In this document: piece after piece, positions 12,092 to 21,745 of the stretch | How positions within the stretch are numbered: position 1 is the stretch's first letter | Layout of the letters: each line of letters starts with the position of its first letter | DNA from: Octopus bimaculoides | Lineage: Eukaryota | Reading direction: 5' to 3' | NCBI RefSeq assembly: GCF_001194135.2 | Contig: NC_068981.1 | Span: forward strand, 126,826,404-126,866,755 | DNA length: 40,352 nt | The notes under the pieces: generated by a model | Seen by the model: only the letters and a program-made list of their open reading frames with translations | Database searches by the model: none | What the model was told of the DNA's origin: nothing | Program-made: the position numbers and the translations under genes

Positions 12092-12285
12092 GGCAGTAAT
12101 TTGGAGAGAGGGGATGAGTCGATTAGATAGACCCCAGTACGTAACTGGTACTTAATTTTTTCGACCCTGAAAGGATGAAAGGCAAAGTCGACTTCGGCGG
12201 AATTTGAACTCAGAACATGGCGACGGGCAAAATACCGCTAAGCATTTCGTCCAGCGTGCTAACGATTCAGCCAGCTCGCCGCCTT
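12092..12285 (-). mobile_element. tRNA-derived SINE (family A); 3' tail lost in the gap
   Basis: Minus-strand head AAGGCGGCGAGCTGGCTGAATCGTTAGCACGC and B-box GAGTTCAAATTCC. Confidence 0.9.
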
Positions 12286-12660
12286 TAAACTGATAGTTAT
12301 TGTCAATAGAAACAGCGTTTTAGGCTGAGTTAGTTCAGTCTGATACATAATTTTATTTGTCAGTATTCTTGCTGCATTTTTATTAAAAAATAGAGGTAAG
12401 ACGTTAATGAACGCGAAGAGAAACAGAATAAAGTGGATGTTAGAGATGAATGTGATGGTTAGATGGTGTTAATTACTTCCTATACCTAATACTTCAGAGA
12501 ATATATTGAGCATAATTTCCAGAATCCCCCTGACGAATATGTTACGAATGTGAATAATAATGTCGATTAAAAAAAATAAATCGCCTTCAAGAACCAATCA
12601 GTAACTTTTAAATCAGTTTCGTGATTCTCTTTCTTCATTCTGTCAAAAGTATCTATGTAT

Positions 12661-12830
12661 GGGCGTGGGCATGTCTATGTGGTTAGGAAGTTCACTTCGC
12701 AATCACGAGATTTCAGGTTCGATCCTACTGCGTGACATATTGAGCAAACGTATTTTACTACAACCTCGGATTGATCTAAGATTTGCGAGTGAAAATTGGG
12801 TTGGCAGAAATTATGTGAAGGCTTGTCCAA
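12661..12830 (+). mobile_element. Degenerate tRNA-derived SINE (family C)
   Basis: GGGCGTGGGCATGTCTATGTGGTTAGGAAG...CAGGTTCGATCCTACTGCGTGACATATTGAGCAA. Collinear with the copies at 54 and 20665. Confidence 0.7.
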
Positions 12831-14167
12831 TAGATTGTGCCTATAATTAAAAAGGCCATATTTTATGGAACATGTCATGCTGATTCAACCAGCATGTAAG
12901 TGTTTGCTGAGAGCTCAACCACTTACGCTATAAATAATTCAATGAGTAAACCCATTTAATTGATTGAACAACTTTAATACTAATAGTTAAAAACCAGCAG
13001 GAAGTCAATTCACTTTTTTTTATTTACTTTAAATATGTCCGAAAGTTTATCATTTTTATGAAGAATTGAGAAGTGGCCATTCAAATAATTAATTTGAAAT
13101 CGCGACACTTCAAGAAATCTTCAAATCTATCTTATGGAATGTGTTCATGCCATGCCCAAAAACTTTAGTAACATGAGCAACAAGCAACAGAAACTGATTC
13201 AAAGACCCAGCTTACGAACGATACTCCTGGCTATAAACATGAAACTCATTGTGAATTTTTTTTTCAACATAAGCCTAAAGCTTTCTGCCTCTGAACTACG
13301 CACTTTCCGAATTGAAGCTAAGACCTAGTTTCCAATCCCCTGTCGAACATTTTTCGCTTATTTAAACCACTGAAACCACTACGTGAGAGTTAAAACTTCT
13401 TAGTTTCTTTAAATCGTAGTACTGTTGTGCAAAATCCACACGAATGTAAAAATAATGGAATTGGTAATATACTGGCAAACTAAATGTCTTAAAGTATTTA
13501 GTTTTATCGCACTAAGAACAGTTCAGATACATCTGGATTCGATTTTACGTTCCACTGATCTGTTTACGACAAAATAAGTACTTTTAAAATATTGTTTCCG
13601 ATTCACTTAATCATAGTCCTCTCCTGTCAAAACTGGTTTTAATCTAACGAAGTAAATTATTAAGATTAAATGAAGAATAAATTTTAAAACAAATTAAATA
13701 GAACTTTTTGTGTTATCTTTATTTTCTTCGGTATTTAGTTATCATACAAAAATATTTTATATGAATCTCTAATCTGATTAAATTTCTGAAAATATATTGT
13801 CACACATTTTTCAACATACACCTTTAACTTAAATTTATATAAAATGGCTTCATCGCAATCTTTATTTTAAAGCAATTGACGACATAAAAGACAAAAATAT
13901 TGGAGATTTTATTGCAGATTGAAAATGAAAGAAAAACTATACTTACCTTTATTCAATAAACAGTATTGTGACACGCTTTTCAACAGCATGCCGCCGCACA
14001 CATACACTTACTCACTCATACACATACACACTCACTCACACACACAAAATGCAGATTTCAGTTCCAAAGAGAGTCGCCGTATTTAGTGTTTGATATCAGT
14101 GAAGTATTTTCTATCGTTACTGTTTGATTTCACCTAAGTAATTTTCTTATAATCTTTTTAATTACAG

Positions 14168-14281
14168 GCTGTGTATCATGTCGTATTTCAATGGGGTAAC
14201 GAGGGTTATGACGTTACCAGAGAGTTACAAACTGGATGCCGTACTCCGAGTGACAGAGATACTTGCAACCATAATACTAAT
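14168..14281 (+). CDS. CAP-superfamily protein, third identified coding exon (phase 0-0)
   Basis: Acceptor TTACAG and donor GTAAGT. Reads AVYHVVFQWGNEGYDVTRELQTGCRTPSDRDTCNHNTN, with the CAP W..E motif and a C.H.T variant of CGHYTQ. Confidence 0.85.
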
Positions 14282-14469
14282 GTAAGTTAAACTGTTGTCG
14301 TCTTCGTTTTTGTCAAATTTTCCAAATTTTCTCACTGCGCGTTTCATATGGATTCTGCTTCTGACCTATTACCTGTAGCAATTCCTGAACATTACAGTTT
14401 GGGGTCCTAGAACTGATAGAACCAGTTACCTTGTTTACATGGCATATACAAGTGACCAAAATCAGAACA

Positions 14470-14626
14470 TTACCCCAGAACAGAAGGCCAGTCCGTCGCA
14501 GGATTACCCATTTACAGCTGAGTGGACGAAAGCAATATGAAACGAAGTGTTTTCCTCAAGAATACAACGCAATGACCAATACAGGAATCGAAACCACGAT
14601 TCTAAAAACTAGGCCACGCGCCTTCA

Positions 14627-14627
<1 letters not shown>
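14470..14627 (-). mobile_element. Partial tRNA-derived SINE (family B)
   Basis: Minus-strand head GTGAAGGCGCGTGGCCTAGT..., GGTTTCGATTCC, and core GTATTCTTGAGGAAAACAC...CTCAGCTGTAAATGG. Homologous to the 10257-10593 copy. Confidence 0.7.

Positions 14628-14629
<2 letters not shown>

Positions 14630-14660
<31 letters not shown>
14630..14660. repeat. (TA)n microsatellite at the 3' end of the Penelope-like element
   Basis: Directly visible. Confidence 0.95.
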
Positions 14661-14662
<2 letters not shown>

Positions 14663-16140
14663 TATTACTTCCGACATATGTTTCGAAGACAAGATTGGTA
14701 TTATTCCAAAAAGAATAAAATGGTATAAAACAATGTAATTTCATCAGAGAAAGATAGAAATAAACCAAAACTCATCAATAAGACATTTTAACAGAATGTA
14801 ATGAATGTGTATGATGATGAACGGAACGCTATTAATGTTTTTTTTTAAACCGTTAGAAGATATAACGTCCAAGATAGCCTATAGAAAGAGAAGGGGTAAA
14901 GGAAAGAAATAAGCAGAAAACTAATAAAGGAGAAATATAGAACGATATGTGAATTAAGATAAATGCTTATATCTAGTGGAAGTGAAATGTAAGAAGAAAA
15001 TCAATGTTCAAATTATATAGAATCATAGATATCCCTTATATGAACTAAAGGTATGTTTCTGCTAATGTTTACATCGATAAGCACGCTCCATAAACGTGTT
15101 TACAAGGGGATTCTTAGAAAATAGAATATAAAGGAGTTCACTATTACAGAATTAGCAGAATTCTTTGCCTTTAATGTATGGGAATGAAATGAAGAGAATC
15201 AACCAATCTAAATTAAATTGTTTATTATAATCTTTTAGATACCAAATTAATTTACTAAGCCCTATAGTGTTGCGTTTATTACTATCCCTAAATGTAGAGT
15301 AATGATTAGAAATTCTTTTAAATAACTGAGAAGAACTACCTATATAAAAAAAAAGACATCGGTACCGGAAGTAATTTTACACTGGTTTATAGAGTTTTTA
15401 GTCTTAGAATTACTAGACATAAACTTAATTCTGTTGGAATTGACTTCAGAGACAATAACCTTGTTAATATTTCTAGGGGAATGGTTAGTATTAGCTAAAT
15501 TAATGTTAGTATTTTCAGTAATTGGGTTCTTATTTAACAGACTAATATTATGTGAAGAGATAATTTGTGATAGATTTTTTTGTGTTAGAAAAACTAATCC
15601 TAACCGTGTGCGAGTTGATAATCGAGTAATACCTAAAATTCTTTGGAAAATACTTAATAATAGCTTCACGAAACTGGAAAGGAAGATTAGATTTAACTTG
15701 CCTCCCATAAGGAATAATCAACCATATAGTTTTGCTAGTAGTTACCTTATTTTTAGTGTAACTATCTTGAAAAGACCTCGATTTACCTTTAGAATGAAAA
15801 AAGGGTCTTAAATAACGGTTATCTCCCTTACGCTGTAAAAAAAAAACTTTACTCTGTTTGGTGTTGGCGTCTAAATTAAAATTAAAATCGTTCATATCGT
15901 TACAACTAGATTTCATGTCTCCATTACTAAAGGTAGAATAAGATTGAATAGAATTAATGTAGGTAACTTTTTCTGTATAACCTGCTTCAAGTAAGGCAGA
16001 GTTATAAAATTCAGCCTTGTCGTTGAAAATGTCAACATTAGCAGATAACTTGGACAATCTGAATGAAATATTTTTAATTAAATTCGTAGTGATTGTCCTA
16101 GAATGATTACTGAATTGGCTAATATACTTAAGATTGGTTG
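14661..16140 (-). mobile_element. 5'-truncated Penelope-like retroelement (RT thumb/linker plus GIY-YIG endonuclease, frameshifted)
   Basis: Minus-strand peptides read LIKNISFRLSKLSANVDIF...YNSALLEAGY, TIWLIIPYGRQVKSNL...FPKN...IINSHTVRISFS, NLSQIISSHNISLL, NSINQCKIT...YIGSSSQLFKRISNHYSTF, LSKLIWYLKD and C.FCNSELLYI. These are characteristic PLE C-terminal motifs. Frameshifts fall in homopolymer runs (near 15580 and 15350). Confidence 0.85.
14668..14753 (-). ncRNA. Candidate minimal type I hammerhead ribozyme in the PLE 3' region (degenerate stem II)
   Basis: Minus strand reads CTTTCT-CTGATGA-(56 nt)-GAAA-CATATG-TC-GGAAG. Core boxes are intact, stem III is palindromic (ACATATGT) and stem I has 5 bp with two G-U pairs. 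The stem II closing pair is an A-C mismatch. Confidence 0.5.
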
Positions 16141-16229
16141 ATGGTTTCTCCTCTCTCTTTCTCCTCTCTCTCTTTCTCCTCTCTTTCTTTCTCTCCGCTC
16201 TCTCTCTTTCTCCTCTCTTTCTTTCTCTC

Positions 16230-16269
<40 letters not shown>

Positions 16270-16462
16270 TTATCTTCATATCTATCCCTCATTCTCACTC
16301 TTTACCATTATTTACTCTGTACCACTCTCCCACTTATTGACTCAATCATTCTTTCTTTCTCACTCTCAATCCCTCTTTCTCTCTCCTCTCTCCTTCTCTC
16401 TCCTTGTCTTGGTTACTCTTTTTTCTGTCTATTCCAGATTATGGCCCATAACACGCTCTATT

Positions 16463-16493
<31 letters not shown>

Positions 16494-16725
16494 ATCTTTC
16501 TCTCACTTTCTCTCTTTCTTTCTTTCTCACTCTCTCTATTTCTCTATCATCATATCTATCCCTCATTCTCACACTTTACCTTTATTTAATCTATACCACT
16601 CTCCCTCTTGTTGACCTAATCATTTTTTTCTTTCTCTCTCTCGGTCCTTCTTTCTCTCCCTCTCCTTCTCTCTGTCCTTGTCTTAGTTACTCACACTTTT
16701 GCTCTGTCTATTCCAGATTATGGCC
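16141..16725 (+). repeat. CT-rich tract containing a ~275-bp diverged tandem duplication that includes the last splice acceptor of the CAP gene
   Basis: CATATCTATCCCTCATTCTCAC at 16277 and 16551. TGTCTATTCCAGATTATGGCC ends at 16446 and 16725. Confidence 0.9.
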
Positions 16726-16800
16726 GATGATATCGAGAATGTAGGCTGTGCCGCTCTGGATTGTCTGAATTTCAAGCAGCTGACTTGTATTTATAAGTGA
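16717..16800 (+). CDS. CAP-superfamily protein, terminal coding exon
   Basis: Long polypyrimidine tract and TTCCAG acceptor. Reads IMADDIENVGCAALDCLNFKQLTCIYK*, matching the CAP2 motif VGCA..C....L.C.Y. In frame with the previous exon; TGA at 16798-16800. Confidence 0.85.
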   Translation: MMADDIENVGCAALDCLNFKQLTCIYK

Positions 16801-19700
16801 TTATAAATTAGCCAGTTGCGACAGAAGTATCAATACAAGACACCCCTAAACAGAGACGGGACACAAAAGGAACAGGCAAACAGAAGGTCACCCACTTAAC
16901 CGCTTACAATATAACAACCAACATTACAGAAACGGAGAGTGGGGGGACTGAGTTTCACTGAACCTATATTGTCCTAATCTCACCATTCTGCTTACATATT
17001 ATGTCATAAACACTTAATACAGTAACCTTTTTATCTGATGGGTCAATTTGACGCTATTTGTTTCTTAAATGTTTTGATATATTTTTTTTAATTCTATGTA
17101 TTTTTTTTAACATTTTATTTTGCATCCTTACTATGTACATGTTTTCTTTCTTTACCTTTCTCGTTCCTTCTCAGAACCTTTAATTCTTTCCTTCTCTTTT
17201 TCTCTTTTTTCTCTCTCTATATCTTTCAATCTCTTTTACAATCTCTCTTTCTCTCTCCGTCGCCCTCGCTCTCTCCATCTTGCACAAGCACCCACTGTAA
17301 AAATTATAGAGTTAAAATATATATGTATGTGTGTGCGTGTCTGTATGTTTATTTATAAAAGTCTTTTAATACAATTTCCTCTCTGTGCTCAGTGACGCAT
17401 CAATTCAATTTAGCAAAATCCGTCCATCCAAAGATCTGAGATTAATATTCGATTCAGAGACGGATATTATGAAACTCTGAGTACCCCTATGGATTAAAAG
17501 GTTTTATAAATACACGCAGCGCGCGCACACACATACGCACACGTGCATATATATACATACATACATACATACATATATATATATATATNNNNNNNNNNNN
17601 NNNNNNNNNNNNNNNNNNNNNNNNNNNNNNNNNNNNNNNNNNNNNNNNNNNNNNNNNNNNNNNNNNNNNNNNNNNNNNNNNNNNNNNNNNNNNNNNNNNN
17701 NNNNNNNNNNNNNNNNNNNNNNNNNNNNNNNNNNNNNNNNNNNNNNNNNNNNNNNNNNNNNNNNNNNNNNNNNNNNNNNNNNNNNNNNNNNNNNNNNNNN
17801 NNNNNNNNNNNNNNNNNNNNNNNNNNNNNNNNNNNNNNNNNNNNNNNNNNNNNNNNNNNNNNNNNNNNNNNNNNNNNNNNNNNNNNNNNNNNNNNNNNNN
17901 NNNNNNNNNNNNNNNNNNNNNNNNNNNNNNNNNNNNNNNNNNNNNNNNNNNNNNNNNNNNNNNNNNNNNNNNNNNNNNNNNNNNNNNNNNNNNNNNNNNN
18001 NNNNNNNNNNNNNNNNNNNNNNNNNNNNNNNNNNNNNNNNNNNNNNNNNNNNNNNNNNNNNNNNNNNNNNNNNNNNNNNNNNNNNNNNNNNNNNNNNNNN
18101 NNNNNNNNNNNNNNNNNNNNNNNNNNNNNNNNNNNNNNNNNNNNNNNNNNNNNNNNNNNNNNNNNNNNNNNNNNNNNNNNNNNNNNNNNNNNNNNNNNNN
18201 NNNNNNATATATATGTATATGCAGATTTCTGTGTGTATGTTCTATGGAAATCGATTATGATTTAAATGTGATAAACGATAATAAGTCCACTTGGATGAAA
18301 CTCATTCCGCAACATAGGTTTCTGCCTTGAATGTTTAATACGTAATTTTAATTAGGAACTCCTCACCTCCAAGGAAATGAGTGTGCAGACACAAACATCC
18401 AGATACTTCTCTGTAAACATACAAAACTGTCTCCGTTTATGATGCACAAAACAGTTTTGCTGTTTATGCTTACACTCTTGTATAAAGACAATCAATTAAT
18501 GAATACATTGCTGTTTATAGACAGTCTTGCTATGTATTAAAATCTTTTCTCGAGTATTAGTTATAGTGTTTGAATACAGTAGATCATATATTCATAGAAT
18601 GTAACTTGTAAACAAGGCTTCTTTGCTCTTGAGGAATAACAACGATTTTCATGAGAATTTTCCTTTTATGATTGACTAAGAATTTTCCTTTCACTTCAAA
18701 ACTAAAAATTTTTTTTCATTATATTTTCATCTGTAATGAGAATTAATATGCAATATTGACATCCCTTTTTTGAAATATCTCACCACTCGCTTCTATTGTA
18801 ATTGCACTGTCATTGCTGTTGCTGTTGTTGATACTGATGGGTTCTTTTTCTTTTTTTCTTTTTTTTTTGTTATATTTTATTACTTGGAAAAAATGTTATG
18901 CTTTTACTTCATTTTCCTTTTCAAAACTGAGAGAAAGTATTGATTTCATACATATTTCGTGGTGGTGAGGCGGGGGGGGAGACGTTTAATATTGATTTCT
19001 TGGAAATGAAAAAATATTATTAAAATGAAACTGGCACTAAGATGACAGATTCTAATCGCTGTGATTTGTTTCATTTAAGTTATCCAGTAAATTAACACCT
19101 GTCACTCATACAGTCTGATGTATGGTGTGAATACAAGAAGAAAAACGCATGCGTAACACTGCCATGTATACATACATTTATAAACACACATCTGTGTGTG
19201 AGTATGTTCCTGCACCTATATACGTGCAAACTGTTCAAATCTGTATCAATAAAGATTAGTGATTTCATAATTTAAGTTGAATGAGGTGCCTTACAAGAAA
19301 TGTATCATATGCGTTAAATCCATGAAGTTTTCTATGACATATCCGGAACAAGATTATAATGGATTAAAATTATTTTTACTATTTTCGATCATCATCTGTG
19401 CAAAGTCTATAAGTACTCTATTTGAAATGGAGTTAGATAATCGATTAATATTTTGTTAGGAATAAAAGTCAATAAACAAAGGATTATCTGGAGAAATAAG
19501 TATTTCATAAGTATTTCAACTTTCACTTAATAAAATGTTTAAATAAAAAATTCTATTGAATGCAATGTTATTGGCGGAGAAGGATTGTTTCATGCCTTTG
19601 TTTATTAAAGAAAAACACTTTTAATTAAAACAACTTGAAGTTTAAAATCATATATGCTTTTGTGTCGAAACAGCAGATATTTTAATTACGAAATCTTTTG

Positions 19701-19701
<1 letters not shown>

Positions 19702-19739
<38 letters not shown>

Positions 19740-19790
19740 TAAAGATGATGATAGTAACTATAATAAAGATAATGATGATGCGATGATAAT
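19702..19790. repeat. (AAT)n followed by a degenerate (GAT)n tract
   Basis: Directly visible. Confidence 0.9.
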
Positions 19791-20664
19791 GGTTACCACA
19801 TACTGGCAAAAAGAAATTCAATATTAATAAAACCAGATGAATATGCATTTCGGATAAAAAATGAGAGAACAATCAAAATTCATTTCTCGAAATGAATCGT
19901 TCAAAAGTTTAATTAAATTAAAAGTGAGAAGGGTTTCAAAGGCTCAGCAAAAGAAGGAAACGAGAAAGACACTCACAAATAAAGGAAAGTGAGATGAACT
20001 TGAAATTTACACAAAAGTGGTGAGCTCTATTAAAAATTTGTGTAAATGAATTGCGAACAAATGCTTTGATAAAATTAATTTATGCTTTACAAACGAACAA
20101 ACATGGTGCTATTTAAAGAAAGAAAACTCACCCAAATAAATCGTCTAGTGCACTATTAATGTCCAACGAGAAAATATCAAAACTTTACTAGTAGATTTTT
20201 TTCCAATAAATTGTCTTCGATTTTGAGACATTCGGTTTTTCCTTTGTACTTGTTTATTTTATTATCAACGCATCAACTGCTTCGTTGAATTATTTTCTTC
20301 AAAAACAATGTAACGCTAATAGCACAGAAATATGGTTGTCAACAAGCGTGCATTGTGTATTTCAATAATCGAATAACAAGAATACGATGATAATATTATG
20401 AAGAAAATTTACTGAGATCTAATTTGGATATTGTTTTGATTTTCATGTAACAAATCTCTTGCATAATTAAAAACTTAAGTCCCCTACTCAGTCGTCAGGC
20501 TATGAAGATGAGGAATACCAATACGAAACTAAGATTAAAATTATGATCGCTTATCGAAAGATTTTCTTTTTCAGGTGTGTAATTATTATCTGAGTTTTAG
20601 TCCTAATGTGAAAAGGCTAAGATTCATACTTAGCGAATTTGTGGTAATTTATTGAATTTATATG

Positions 20665-20870
20665 AAAATGGATGTATGGTTACGAAGCTCGTTTTCCAGC
20701 CATGTGGTTTCGAGTACTATCCATTCTGCACCTTGGGCAAGCCTCTTCTACTATAGCCCCGGGCCGACCAATGCCTTGTAAGCAAATTTTATAGACGAGA
20801 AGTGTGAAGAAGATTGTCGTGTGCGTGTGTGTGTGTGTGTGTCTGTCTGTCTTTGTCTGTCTGTCTGTGT
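20665..20870 (+). mobile_element. tRNA-derived SINE (family C) with (GT)/(GTCT) tail
   Basis: CACCTTGGGCAAGCCTCTTCTACTATAGCCCCGGGCCGACCAATGCCTTGT core, followed by a microsatellite tail. Confidence 0.8.
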
Positions 20871-21157
20871 TTCTTTGAGTTTTATTTAAGTTCCTGAGTA
20901 CAACGCAACAAGACTTCTTGAGTCAAGATAGTTCCTGGTGTTTATAAATATGTGGCTGAGTTGGTGTGTTGGTTAAACTGTCGATGCACACACCCAATTG
21001 TGTCCATTTATTCACCTAAGGAACTCAAATGGAGAATCTTTAGAATGTCTTACAATGTCCGAATGTTTTATTGTCCTCTATTGCGTTTTTGTTCCAATTT
21101 TTTATATTTATATATACATATAGCGGCGTACGTACACACTAGTGCTCACCTTACAGT

Positions 21158-21172
21158 ATGTATGTATGTATG

Positions 21173-21239
<67 letters not shown>

Positions 21240-21668
21240 NNNNNNNNNNNNNNNNNNNNNNNNNNNNNNNNNNNNNNNNNNNNNNNNNNNNNNNNNNNNN
21301 NNNNNNNNNNNNNNNNNNNNNNNNNNNNNNNNNNNNNNNNNNNNNNNNNNNNNNNNNNNNNNNNNNNNNNNNNNNNNNNNNNNNNNNNNNNNNNNNNNNN
21401 NNNNNNNNNNNNNNNNNNNNNNNNNNNNNNNNNNNNNNNNNNNNNNNNNNNNNNNNNNNNNNNNNNNNNNNNNNNNNNNNNNNNNNNNNNNNNNNNNNNN
21501 NNNNNNNNNNNNNNNNNNNNNNNNNNNNNNNNNNNNNNNNNNNNNNNNNNNNNNNNNNNNNNNNNNNNNNNNNNNNNNNNNNNNNNNNNNNNNNNNNNNN
21601 NNNNNNNNNNNNNNNNNNNNNNNNNNNNNNNNNNNNNNNNNNNNNNNNNNNNNNNNNNNNNNNNNNNN

Positions 21669-21741
<73 letters not shown>

Positions 21742-21745
21742 CGCG
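21158..21745. repeat. (TATG)/(TA)/(GT)n microsatellite spanning a gap
   Basis: Directly visible on both sides of gap 21240-21668. Confidence 0.9.

Noticed and set aside
13949-13991. Minus-strand ATG-initiated mini-exon (MLLKSVSQYCLLNK) with a GTAAGT donor
   Set aside because: No downstream partner exon or homology was found, and such motifs arise by chance.
16798-16805. Possible GTGATT donor after TAT AA that would extend the CAP protein into a CRISP-type tail
   Set aside because: The donor is weak and no downstream Cys-rich exon was found in 16.8-40 kb. The in-frame TGA is the simpler reading.
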